This document shows positions 35,741 to 44,823 of a stretch of DNA of 64,000 nucleotides, in pieces. A program made the translations under genes and the position numbers. Origin of the DNA: Candidatus Spongiisociaceae bacterium (GTDB taxonomy: Bacteria > Actinomycetota > Acidimicrobiia > Spongiisociales > Spongiisociaceae); the NCBI GenBank assembly GCA_965202665.1, contig OZ241841.1, positions 2,272,001 through 2,336,000 on the forward strand, read 5' to 3'. Numbering within the stretch: the stretch's first letter is position 1; each line of letters starts with the position of its first letter. The notes below the pieces were generated by a model that was not told the DNA's origin, ran no database searches, and saw only the letters and a list, made by a program, of their open reading frames with translations.

Positions 35741-36640
35741 GTGGACGTCCTGGCCCGGGCGGCCCGTCTCCGGGAGGAGGGCCGGGCCTTCGTCTTGGCC
35801 ACGGTGGTTTGGACGCGGGGGCCGTCCTCCGGCAAAGGCGGTTGCAAGGCCGTCATCCACCCGGACGGCCGGGTGGAAGGATGGCTGGGCGGGGCCTGCG
35901 CCGTCCCCACCGTGGTGCGGCAAGCGCTGCAGGCCTTGGGGGACGGACGGGCCCGGGTGCTGTCCCTGGGGCGGCCCGACGAACGGACGGGGGTGACGGA
36001 GGCTCCGATGGCCTGCGACAGCGAAGGGGAAATGGAGGTTTTCGTGGAACCGATGGCGCCCGCCCCCCGCCTGGTGATCGTAGGTTCATCGCCGATGACC
36101 GCCGCCCTGGCGGAAATAGCCCGGGCGGTGGGCTGGAGGACATGGACGGCCGCCGAAGCCTCGCAAGTGGGGGAAATCGAACGGCAGGCGGAGGGCTCCT
36201 ACGCGGTGGTGGCCACCCAGGGGGTGTTCGACGAACCGGCCCTGGCGGCTGTTTTGTCCACTTCGGCGGTCTACGTGGGCCTGGTCGCGTCGGAAAAACG
36301 GGCGTCGGCGGCCCTGGCCTGGTTGCGCGGCAACGGAGTTTCCGAAGAGGACCTGGCCCGGGTGCGCGCCCCGGCCGGGATGGATCTGGGTTCCACCACC
36401 CACGAGGAGATGGCGGTGTCCATAATGGCCGGCCTGGTGGCTTTCAAATCTTCCGCCCCGGGAGTCGCCGCCCCCCCGGTGGAACTACCGGAACAAGCGG
36501 TTGACCCGGTGTGCGGAATGTCAGTGGACGTTTCCTCCGCCGCCTTCACCGCCCGCCACGCCGGTGAAACCTTCTATTTCTGCGCCGCCGGTTGCCAAAC
36601 AACCTTCCAAAAAAACCCCACCCAGCACCAACCCGCGTAA
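35741..36640 (+). CDS. XdhC/CoxF-family accessory protein fused to a C-terminal YHS domain
   Basis: GWLGGAC, YVGLVAS, APAGMDLG; VDPVCGM...FYFCAAGC. Confidence 0.88.
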   Translation: MDVLARAARLREEGRAFVLATVVWTRGPSSGKGGCKAVIHPDGRVEGWLGGACAVPTVVRQALQALGDGRARVLSLGRPDERTGVTEAPMACDSEGEMEVFVEPMAPAPRLVIVGSSPMTAALAEIARAVGWRTWTAAEASQVGEIERQAEGSYAVVATQGVFDEPALAAVLSTSAVYVGLVASEKRASAALAWLRGNGVSEEDLARVRAPAGMDLGSTTHEEMAVSIMAGLVAFKSSAPGVAAPPVELPEQAVDPVCGMSVDVSSAAFTARHAGETFYFCAAGCQTTFQKNPTQHQPA

Positions 36641-36662
36641 CCCCCCAAAAAAGACGCCTCGG

Positions 36663-36845
36663 TCACGCCTCCGCAGAAACCCCAGCACCCGGTTCGGCGA
36701 GTGGGACATCGGCGGCAGCCGATGGAGCTTCGGGAGCCGGACGGCCCGCCAAGTAATCCCTGGCCATCTGTACCAGATGCTCTTGCACCTCAGGCGAAAC
36801 CCCCAGTTCATCAGGGTTGCCAATAACATGACCCCTCTTAGGCAT
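36663..36845 (-). CDS. Small hypothetical protein (60 aa)
   Basis: Strong SD AAGGAG 6 nt before ATG; fills the gap between convergent genes. Confidence 0.6.
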   Translation of the reverse strand: MPKRGHVIGNPDELGVSPEVQEHLVQMARDYLAGRPAPEAPSAAADVPLAEPGAGVSAEA

Positions 36846-36935
36846 ATCAGTCTCCTTTCGTATCCCCGGGCGCCACTTTACCGGGATATGTCAACATAAT
36901 GCCTCACGCTCTGGTTTCTGGCCAAAAAACGGGTT

Positions 36936-37841
36936 TTACAGTAGATTCTTTATCTCTTGCAGTAGATCCGTGACCCGTTGAGCGACGGCTTCGTTGTCTG
37001 TTTCTGCGATGCGCCGGTACTTTTTACAGATCAGTTCTCTTATTTCGGCGGGGTCTCTTGATTCGGAGAAGACCCTGAAGAATTTTATCCAGTGCTCGGC
37101 TGGTATGCCCGCTATCAAGGACTCCAAGCTGGTCTGCAGGAAAAAATCCATTATTCCGGTTCGGGCCAAGCGGCCAAAGTTGCCACCAGGGTCAGACACT
37201 GGTTTGTCGGCTACCATGTCGGGTTTTGCCGGATATGGGCCTACATTTTCAATGGGCGCGACGATGGCGGAGTCGGATTTTGTCGTCCGTATTTCTTGCC
37301 ACCAATGGTTGCGATACTGAGCGGCGTATCGAACTGACTCCACCCACGGTACGGCAACCACCGGCTTACCCGACAGTACATTGGACAGGTACCAGGGGAT
37401 GACCGCGATCAGGTCATGCTCAGCGCAGGCGGATGGGGTGGTGGTCAATCTTAGGCTGGGCTCGCCTTCCTTGGACAGCAGGTACCAGCCTTTTAGTTCA
37501 ATGCCAAGGGCGATGGTTTTGGAGTCATTGTTACGAGCAACTAGTCGAACATCCGGGAAGGTCTGCGCTTGGCGCTCGAATACGTAAGTCGACCATTCAC
37601 CGTTGGGATCCCACACAGATCGCATGTTGTTGAGGGTTTTAACCACCTGTATCTCTATGGCGGCGGCCAGAACGGTATTGAGAGAGAACAAATCGGTGGC
37701 CTGAATTCCGGCAATGTGGGTATCAGATTCAAAATAGCCCGGCAACGAACGCAATGCATCGGCTATTCTTTGCCGCAACGCCGTTTTCGGGTCGGCGGCG
37801 GCCAGTACCGGCGGTACCGGAGGGCGGCGGGACGCTGTCAT
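36936..37841 (-). CDS. Putative type II restriction endonuclease (PD-(D/E)xK)
   Basis: FPDVRL...GIELKGW motif; ATGA overlap with the methyltransferase stop; AT-richer than flanks. Confidence 0.7.
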   Translation of the reverse strand: MTASRRPPVPPVLAAADPKTALRQRIADALRSLPGYFESDTHIAGIQATDLFSLNTVLAAAIEIQVVKTLNNMRSVWDPNGEWSTYVFERQAQTFPDVRLVARNNDSKTIALGIELKGWYLLSKEGEPSLRLTTTPSACAEHDLIAVIPWYLSNVLSGKPVVAVPWVESVRYAAQYRNHWWQEIRTTKSDSAIVAPIENVGPYPAKPDMVADKPVSDPGGNFGRLARTGIMDFFLQTSLESLIAGIPAEHWIKFFRVFSESRDPAEIRELICKKYRRIAETDNEAVAQRVTDLLQEIKNLL

Positions 37842-38920
37842 CTTGGATTGGAGGCTTGTATCAGTCGTTCTTCGGCGATGTCGGCGAAGGCCGTCACTTT
37901 TTCCGCGGCGTATGCCCGGCGTTTGAGTTCTACGGCGGCCGCCGACCCGGTGCATAGGCCGCCGAAGGGTTCCCAGATGACATCGCCCGCATCGGTGCAG
38001 GCCCTTATTATCCGTCGCATAAGAGCCAGGGGTTTCTGGTTGAGATGGGCGGCGGCGTTGCGCCCCGGATTGTGGACGCGGGGCGCGGAACGCAGACCGT
38101 TGCCCCGGTAACGTTCCTTGCCGTTGACCGGTGGATGACTCCACACATTGGTGATCCCGTGCTCGAAATTCCATTTGTATCTGAGTTTGCGCCAATCAGC
38201 GGCGGATGGCGGCCTCTCGCCGTCGAGGGAGAAGTAGGGGCGGTTGGTCGGGCGGCCGTGCTGGTTGGCGTAGCGCGCCATCTTCTCCAACATTTCCGGC
38301 GGCGGGAAATACCAATGCCGGTCACAGGTCAGATATTTACGGGTGGCGGCGTTGCGCACCCCGCATGCCTCATTGGCCAGGTTGAGCGGCAGGCCGGATC
38401 TCCGCCATTCGTGCCTCAACCACTCTTGCGCGGGCAACAGACCCCGACCGGTCGGCAGTTCCAGTTTGCGGGAGTAAAGCACGCACACCTCTGTAACGAC
38501 CGGAAACCGGCGCAGGGTTCGGCCATTGGAGTTGCCGGCCACATGGCCCAACCCTTTGTCCCAGACGATGGTTTGCTCATAAATCCATCCCAGTTCCGCC
38601 AATAGGGGGTGCATGGAAGCCCATCCCCGTTCCGTGTTCCAGAACCACAATGCGGTGGAGGGAAGGGCGCGCGCGGACCAGGCTCGCGCGTGTCCGGCGT
38701 ACCATTGGGGCAGAAGGCCGACTTCCAACGGATCTCCGGGGAATCCCCCCAATCCATAGGCGCCGTCGGATATGATGGCGTTGGGGCGGGGCCAGCCGGG
38801 ATAGGCGTCCAATGCATCGCCCCGGTACAGCGAAAAACGGGCGCTGGCGGGGGACGGCTGAGCCGGGTCGCCCTCCGACAGGAGAGTGCCCGAAGTGGGA
38901 TTACAAGTATGTAGTTTCAT
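37838..38920 (-). CDS. N4-C/N6-A DNA methyltransferase, beta-class motif order
   Basis: SDGAY (motif IV-like), IVWDK, HLNQKP, WEPFGG (motif I); SD GGAG before ATG 38920. Confidence 0.88.
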   Translation of the reverse strand: MKLHTCNPTSGTLLSEGDPAQPSPASARFSLYRGDALDAYPGWPRPNAIISDGAYGLGGFPGDPLEVGLLPQWYAGHARAWSARALPSTALWFWNTERGWASMHPLLAELGWIYEQTIVWDKGLGHVAGNSNGRTLRRFPVVTEVCVLYSRKLELPTGRGLLPAQEWLRHEWRRSGLPLNLANEACGVRNAATRKYLTCDRHWYFPPPEMLEKMARYANQHGRPTNRPYFSLDGERPPSAADWRKLRYKWNFEHGITNVWSHPPVNGKERYRGNGLRSAPRVHNPGRNAAAHLNQKPLALMRRIIRACTDAGDVIWEPFGGLCTGSAAAVELKRRAYAAEKVTAFADIAEERLIQASNPR

Positions 38921-39004
38921 AGCAGTCTCCATCATAGCCGCTTTTGATTCATTAGTAGCGGGCGGGTGGGACAAACTGCGGCCGGGGTTTACCCCCGGGT
39001 GGGG

Positions 39005-39829
39005 TCAGCCGAGGATTATTAGGGATAGGGAGACGGCCGCTAGGGCGAATCCGGCCAGCTGGGAGCGGGAGGTTCTTTCCCCGGCGAAAATAATTTGGAA
39101 GATGAGGGTGAATCCGTACAACATTTGGAAGAGCAGGCCGGCGATGGCCAGGTTGCGCTGGGCGGCCAGCAGATAGGAGCCCATACCCACCGCCCCCATG
39201 GCCCCGATGAACGCCAAACCGGGCATTATGGAACGCTCCGGCTTCAAAGAATGCCCGCCGGCCAGCAAAAATATCCCGATGAAGACGAAACTGGTCACCC
39301 GTCCGCCCAGCAACGGCCACAGACCGGAGCCTTCGGCGGTCAAACCGAGCAGGGTGGTCATCCCCCCGATGGCCGCCCCCGCCCGCAGGCCGTGCCGGAG
39401 GGCCACCGGATCCCATTCCCCGGCGGCGTTGTGATGGCCGATCAGCCACAGGGCCGCCAACCCCACCAGAATGCCGATGGCGACGGCCGCGGTGGGAAGC
39501 CCGGTGGTGATGATTCCCGCCGCCACCGGCATAATCGCCCCCAGCACCGCCGACACCGGCCCCACGATCCCCACCCCGCGGGTGGTGTAACCGCGAAACA
39601 ACTCCATCAGCCCCCAAGCCCCGAACAGGCCGGAAGCCGCCCCGTAGGCCATGTCCGCCAAGCTGGGATCCCCTCCCACCAGGAACGAAAACACCGTCAC
39701 GACCGACATCGTGTAAAAGAAAATCCACCACACCATGGTCGGCAGGTGGGTTTTCCGTCCGATGCCGATGGCGACATGGTCGCCGAAGCCTATGGCCAGC
39801 GGCCCCAGCAGGGCCAGGAAAATGGTCAC
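39005..39829 (-). CDS. EamA/DMT family membrane transporter
   Basis: About 10 hydrophobic helices in two repeats, C-terminal IFAGER. Confidence 0.8.
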   Translation of the reverse strand: MTIFLALLGPLAIGFGDHVAIGIGRKTHLPTMVWWIFFYTMSVVTVFSFLVGGDPSLADMAYGAASGLFGAWGLMELFRGYTTRGVGIVGPVSAVLGAIMPVAAGIITTGLPTAAVAIGILVGLAALWLIGHHNAAGEWDPVALRHGLRAGAAIGGMTTLLGLTAEGSGLWPLLGGRVTSFVFIGIFLLAGGHSLKPERSIMPGLAFIGAMGAVGMGSYLLAAQRNLAIAGLLFQMLYGFTLIFQIIFAGERTSRSQLAGFALAAVSLSLIILG

Positions 39830-39868
39830 GTTCCCCCCCCGGCGCGAAGGATGCGGGGGGAGGGGTTT

Positions 39869-41062
39869 TCAGCGGAAAGCATCGAACCCGGTGATGGCTT
39901 GGCCGAGGATCAGGGCGTGTATTTCGTTGGTGCCCTCGTAGGTGAAAACCGTTTCCAGGTTGTTCATATGGCGGATGACCGGATATTCCAAGGTGATCCC
40001 GTTGGCCCCCAGGATGGAACGGGCCTGCCGGGCCACCGCCAAAGCGGACCGCACGTTGTCGAATTTGCCGAATGAGATATGTTCGGGGGAGACCCGCCCC
40101 TCATCTTTCATCCGCCCTATGTGCAAGGCCACCAAAAGCCCCCGGTTGACGGCCACCATCATGTCCGTCAGTTTGGCCTGGGTGAGCTGAAAGGAGGCGA
40201 TGGGCCGTTCGAAGGCGCGGCGCTCAACGGCGTATTCCAAAGCCGTTTCGTAGCAGGTGCGGGCCGCCCCCATCGCCCCCCAGATGATCCCGTAGCGGGC
40301 TTCGGTCAGGCAGGACAGCGGCCCCCGCATGGAGGACGTCCCGGGCAGGGCCAGGCCGTCGGGGATCCGCACCTCGTCCAAGAACAGGGCCGAAGTGTGG
40401 GAGGCCCGCAACGACATTTTGCCGGTGATGTCGCGGGCGGAGAACCCGGGGGAGTCGGCGGGGACGATGAACCCCCGCACTTCCCGCCCGGGTGTTCCGG
40501 AGTCTTCCACCCGGGCCCATATGACGGCTACGTCGGCCACCGACCCGTTGGAAATCCACATTTTGGAGCCGTTGACGATCCAGTCGCCCCCGTCCCGGCG
40601 GGCGGAGGTGCGCATCGCCGCCGGGTCGGAACCGGCGTCGGGTTCGGTGAGGCCGAAGCATCCCAGGACTTCGCCCGTCGCCAGGCGGGGCAGCCATTCC
40701 CGCTTCTGCTCCTCCGAACCGTATTTCCAGATGGGGAACATGACCAGCGACCCCTGCACCGACACCATGCTCCGCACCCCCGAATCCCCCGCCTCCAATT
40801 CCAGGCAGGCCAGCCCGTAGTCCACCGCCGACGCCCCGGCGCAACCGTACCCCTCCAGGTGCATTCCCAACAACCCCAGTTTTCCCAACTCCGGGGCCAG
40901 TTCCCGGGGCAGAATCCCCTCCTGGAACCATCCGGTTATTTCCGGAGCCACCCGGTCGGCCACGAAACGGCGGACCGTGTCCCGGCCCAGCCGCTCCTCG
41001 GCGGTCAGCAAATGCTCCAGCCCCAGAAAATCCCGGGGGTCGGGGGGCGAGTGCGATGTCAT
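39869..41062 (-). CDS. Acyl-CoA dehydrogenase (glutaryl-CoA dehydrogenase-like)
   Basis: DSGVRS..SVQGSL, FGLTEPDAGSDP, GSKMWI, TYEGT. Confidence 0.93.
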   Translation of the reverse strand: MTSHSPPDPRDFLGLEHLLTAEERLGRDTVRRFVADRVAPEITGWFQEGILPRELAPELGKLGLLGMHLEGYGCAGASAVDYGLACLELEAGDSGVRSMVSVQGSLVMFPIWKYGSEEQKREWLPRLATGEVLGCFGLTEPDAGSDPAAMRTSARRDGGDWIVNGSKMWISNGSVADVAVIWARVEDSGTPGREVRGFIVPADSPGFSARDITGKMSLRASHTSALFLDEVRIPDGLALPGTSSMRGPLSCLTEARYGIIWGAMGAARTCYETALEYAVERRAFERPIASFQLTQAKLTDMMVAVNRGLLVALHIGRMKDEGRVSPEHISFGKFDNVRSALAVARQARSILGANGITLEYPVIRHMNNLETVFTYEGTNEIHALILGQAITGFDAFR

Positions 41063-41089
41063 AGGCCCCTTTCCAGTAGCGTCGCGGCC

Positions 41090-41828
41090 CGGCGGCGCGG
41101 CCGTTTGAATATGTAGCGTACAACGGAGCGGGCGCAACGGCAACGGAAGCGCGCCCCGCAGGCGCCCCGCCAAAAGATTAGAGGGGTATGATGGGCAACC
41201 CGCGCAACCCGCCAGTGTTCCGTTTCCCGCTCTGACATAGGAGGCACCACTATGAAACCTGTGAAGCGAATATGGGCGGCCGTGTTGCTGGCGGCCATGT
41301 TGGGCGGGGCGACGGCGGTTGCCCTGACCTCGTTCGATGATGTGCCCGACGACCATCCGCACGCCGAGGGCATACGAAATGTCGCGGAGCGGGGATGGTT
41401 CCAAGGCTACCCCGACGGGTCGTTCCGGCCCGATCGGAAAATCACCGCCGAGCAGTTGGCCACGGTGCTGTTGCGGGCCTATCCGGACGGTTTGACCCGC
41501 GGGGAGGCGGCTACTTTTCTGACCGGCGGGCAAACCCATCTGCAATCAGTGGCGCCTTCCGCCCAGGTGTCCGGTTCCTCAACCGATCCAACCACCACCA
41601 CGGGGGCCGCCGCCGCGACCACCACCACCTTCGTCTGCGAAGACGACCAGGAATACCATGACGGCGAATGCGACGATTACGCCTACGACTACGACGATTA
41701 CTGCCAAGAGGACGACGACGACGGCGAATGCGACGGCTATGACGACGAATACGACGAAGACTGACGGCCAACGCCGCTTCCGGTTTCGGCGGCGCGGCCC
41801 GTTTGAAATCCTGTAGCGTTAGCGGAGC
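41090..41828. repeat. ~40-bp imperfect direct repeats (41090-41129 and 41787-41828) flanking the SLH gene
   Basis: CGGCGGCGCGGCCGTTTGAATATGTAGCGTACAACGGAGC vs CGGCGGCGCGGCCCGTTTGAAATCCTGTAGCGTTAGCGGAGC. Confidence 0.8.
41252..41764 (+). CDS. Secreted S-layer homology (SLH) domain protein with Thr linker and acidic Tyr/Cys tail
   Basis: Signal peptide; FDDVP..HP, GYPDGSFRPD..IT, TRGEAA; SD AGGAGG. Confidence 0.88.
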   Translation: MKPVKRIWAAVLLAAMLGGATAVALTSFDDVPDDHPHAEGIRNVAERGWFQGYPDGSFRPDRKITAEQLATVLLRAYPDGLTRGEAATFLTGGQTHLQSVAPSAQVSGSSTDPTTTTGAAAATTTTFVCEDDQEYHDGECDDYAYDYDDYCQEDDDDGECDGYDDEYDED

Positions 41829-41890
41829 AAAGGCGTACGGGAGACGCATCCCGTCAGGCGCCCCGTCCCCTGGAAAATTTAAGGAGCGTG

Positions 41891-43255
41891 ATGAGCGAAC
41901 CCACCAAGATCCTGCTCAACGAGTCGGAGTTGCCGACCCACTGGTACAACATCATCCCCGACCTGCCCGCCCCGCCCCCGCCGGTGTTGCATCCGGGGAC
42001 TTTGCAGCCGGTCGGCCCGGACGACCTGGCCCCGCTGTTCCCCATGGACCTGATCATGCAAGAGGTGTCCGGGGACAGTTACGTGGAAATCCCGGAGCCG
42101 GTGCGGGACGCCTACCGGATGTGGCGGCCCACCCCCCTGCACCGGGCCCGCAATTTGGAGCGGGAACTGGGCACCCCGGCCCGCATCTACTACAAGTACG
42201 AGGGCGGCAGCCCGGCCGGGTCTCACAAGCCCAACACCGCCATCGCCCAAGCCTATTACAACGCCCAGGCGGGGGTGCGCAAACTGACCACCGAAACGGG
42301 GGCCGGGCAGTGGGGGAGCGCCCTGGCTTTGGCCTGCCAAATGTTCGGCCTGGAATGCGAAGTGTGGCAGGTGGCCGCCTCCTACCGGCAGAAGCCCTAC
42401 CGGAGCCTGATGATGCAGACCTGGGGGGCGGTGGTTCATTCCAGCCCGTCGCCGGTCACCAACGCCGGGCGGGCCGTCCTGGAATCCGACCCGGACAGTC
42501 CGGGCAGCCTGGGCCTCGCCATCTCGGAGGCGGTGGAAGCGGCGGCCCCCAACCCGGACGTCAACTATTCGCTGGGGTCGGTGCTCAACCATGTGCTGAT
42601 GCATCAGACGGTCATCGGCCAGGAGGCCCTCACCCAACTGGGCAAGGCGGGGGAGACCCCCGATGTGCTGATCGGCTGCACCGGCGGCGGTTCCAACTTC
42701 GCCGGCCTGTCGTTTCCTTTCATTCGGGAGAAACTGGCCGGCAATATGAACCCGGTCATCCGGGCGGTGGAACCGGCCGCCTGCCCGTCCCTGACTAAAG
42801 GCGAATACCGCTACGACTTCGGCGACGCGGCCGGGACGACCCCGTTGATCAAGATGCACACCCTGGGGCACTCGTTCATCCCCGACCCGATTCACGCCGG
42901 CGGCCTGCGCTACCACGGGATGTCCCCGCTCATCTCCCACTTGAAAGAGCTGGGGGTTTTGGAAGCGGAAGCCATCGCCCAGACCGAATGTTTCCAGGGA
43001 GCGGTGCGGTTCGCCCGCAGCGAAGGGATCATCCCCGCCCCGGAGCCCACCCACGCCATAGCCGGGGCCATCCGGGAGGCCGACCGGTGCCGGGAAACCG
43101 GGGAGGAAAAAGTGATCCTGATCGCCCTGTGCGGCCACGGCCACTTCGACATGCCCGCCTACGAAACCTACCTAGCCGACGGGATGAAGGACTACGCCTA
43201 CCCGCAGGAGAAAATAGCAGCCGCCCTGGAAAAAGTCCCGGTAGTAACCGGCTGA
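41891..43255 (+). CDS. trpB2: Tryptophan synthase beta chain-like enzyme, TrpB2 type
   Basis: [38 protein letters not shown]; no adjacent trpA. Confidence 0.95.
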   Translation: MSEPTKILLNESELPTHWYNIIPDLPAPPPPVLHPGTLQPVGPDDLAPLFPMDLIMQEVSGDSYVEIPEPVRDAYRMWRPTPLHRARNLERELGTPARIYYKYEGGSPAGSHKPNTAIAQAYYNAQAGVRKLTTETGAGQWGSALALACQMFGLECEVWQVAASYRQKPYRSLMMQTWGAVVHSSPSPVTNAGRAVLESDPDSPGSLGLAISEAVEAAAPNPDVNYSLGSVLNHVLMHQTVIGQEALTQLGKAGETPDVLIGCTGGGSNFAGLSFPFIREKLAGNMNPVIRAVEPAACPSLTKGEYRYDFGDAAGTTPLIKMHTLGHSFIPDPIHAGGLRYHGMSPLISHLKELGVLEAEAIAQTECFQGAVRFARSEGIIPAPEPTHAIAGAIREADRCRETGEEKVILIALCGHGHFDMPAYETYLADGMKDYAYPQEKIAAALEKVPVVTG

Positions 43256-43271
43256 AGCCCTTTCGCAATCT

Positions 43272-43308
43272 ATTCACCCTTTGAATGATTATCATTCAAA
43301 GGGTGAAT
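43272..43308. promoter_or_regulatory. Perfect 18-1-18 inverted repeat overlapping the -10 element and start of the DUF4143 ATPase gene; putative operator
   Basis: ATTCACCCTTTGAATGAT-T-ATCATTCAAAGGGTGAAT. Confidence 0.75.
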
Positions 43309-44523
43309 GATAAAGCACTGCCTCGGTTGGTGGTTCCCAGTCTGGTGGAAAGGCTGGGGGTGATGCCGGCGGTGGTGGTCACCGGCGCCCGCCAGACGGG
43401 TAAAAGCACCCTGGTGCAGGAACTGATCCCCGGCCGTCGACGCTTCTTCTCGCTGGACGACCTGGACGCCCTCGATTTGGCTCGCCGCAACCCCGGGGAA
43501 CTTCTGGCGGGCGTCGGGCCGGTCACCATCGACGAAGTGCAGAAGGCCCCCGACCTGTTGCAGGAGGTCAAGCGGGCCGTGGATCAGGACCTGCGTCCGG
43601 GGCGGTTTCTGCTCACCGGCTCCGCCAACCTGTTGCTGATGGGCCAAATTTCGGAGTCGTTGGCGGGCCGGGCCAGCTACCTGACTTTGTGGCCGATGAC
43701 CCACCGTGAGCAACAGGGCGCCGGCCGGGGCGGCATCTGGGAGGAGTTGTTGCAATCCGACAGCGAAGATTGGCCGGATTTGCTGGCCGCCGGGCCTGAT
43801 GAGCCGCAGGACTGGCGGCAGTTGGCCCGCCGGGGCGGATTCCCCCATCCCGCCCTGCGCCTGGGCGCCGCCTCGGAGCAGGACATCTGGTTCGACGGCT
43901 ATGTGCGAACCTACCTGGAGCGGGACCTGTCCGATATTTCATCCGTCGCCGCTCTGCACGACTTCCGGCGTCTGATGCGGATGACCTGCCTGCGCATCGG
44001 CCAACTGGTCAATCAGACCGAACTGGGTCGGGACGCGGCCCTCTCCCAGCCCACCGTCCACCGCTACCTCAACCTACTGGAAACCTCCTATATGCTGGTG
44101 CGCGTCCCCGCCTACACCGTCAACCGCACCAAGCGGCTGATCAAGTCCCCCAAGTTGTACTGGGGGGACACCGGATTGGCGTTGTTTTTAGCCGGGGGGC
44201 AACCCCAGGGGGCGCACTTGGAGAACATTGTGCTGAACAGTTTGCTGGCCTGGCGGGACGCCCGTCCCGGACCCGTGGATATTTTCCACTGGCGCACCGC
44301 GTCCGGCGAAGAAGTGGATTTCGTGATCGAGGCGGGCAATGACCTGTTGCCGGTGGAAGTGAAATCCTCCGCCCGGCCCCGGTTGCGGGATGGGGAGCGC
44401 ATCAGAGCCTTCCGTTCCGAATACGGGGAGCAGGCTCGGGCCGGGCTGGTGCTACACGACGGCCGAGAGGTGAAATGGCTGACGCCCAACGTGCTAGCCG
44501 CCCCCTGGTGGAAGGTGCTATAA
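43303..44523 (+). CDS. AAA_14 ATPase with DUF4143 (wHTH plus PD-(D/E)xK-like C-terminus)
   Basis: GARQTGKST, IDEVQ, LTGS, GGFP, KSPKLYWGDTG, EVDF...VEVK. Confidence 0.93.
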   Translation: MNDKALPRLVVPSLVERLGVMPAVVVTGARQTGKSTLVQELIPGRRRFFSLDDLDALDLARRNPGELLAGVGPVTIDEVQKAPDLLQEVKRAVDQDLRPGRFLLTGSANLLLMGQISESLAGRASYLTLWPMTHREQQGAGRGGIWEELLQSDSEDWPDLLAAGPDEPQDWRQLARRGGFPHPALRLGAASEQDIWFDGYVRTYLERDLSDISSVAALHDFRRLMRMTCLRIGQLVNQTELGRDAALSQPTVHRYLNLLETSYMLVRVPAYTVNRTKRLIKSPKLYWGDTGLALFLAGGQPQGAHLENIVLNSLLAWRDARPGPVDIFHWRTASGEEVDFVIEAGNDLLPVEVKSSARPRLRDGERIRAFRSEYGEQARAGLVLHDGREVKWLTPNVLAAPWWKVL

Positions 44524-44823
44524 TCCGGCTTTAGACGAACAGTTCACTTTGGAAAGCGTCAGCGGCGCGAAACCCCATCTGACCAGGCGATTTGATAACT
44601 TGCAAAACTTACAGTAAATTTAGTAAATCATGTGCATTTGAGTCAGAGGTGAAATGGTTGACGCCCAATGTGCTAGCCGCCCCCTGGTGGAAGGTGCTAT
44701 ATCCAGCTTTAGGCGAGGGGTTCGCTTTGGAAGCGTCAGCGACACGAAAACCCTCTTTGACCAGGCGATTTGACAACTTGCTAAACTTACAGTAAATTTA
44801 GTAAATAATGTTACATTTGAGTC
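44466..44823. repeat. 179-bp imperfect tandem duplication (44466-44644 / 44645-44823)
   Basis: Both copies carry EVKWLTPNVLAAPWWKVL coding sequence, the intergenic region and the promoter; AGAGG recurs at 44466, 44645 and 44824. Confidence 0.92.
44770..44804 (+). promoter_or_regulatory. Sigma70-type promoter with overlapping imperfect palindrome (putative operator)
   Basis: TTGACA(44770)-N17-TAAATT(44793); TTGCTAAACTTAC-A-GTAAATTTAGTAA, 11/13 complementary. Confidence 0.7.

Noticed and set aside
37842-38195. N-terminal extension of the 419-aa ORF
   Set aside because: Overlaps the methyltransferase in another frame; the ATGA-coupled start at 37841 is more plausible.
44592-44795. 67-aa ORF containing EVKWLTPNVLAAPWWKVL
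   Set aside because: By-product of the 179-bp tandem duplication, not an independent gene.
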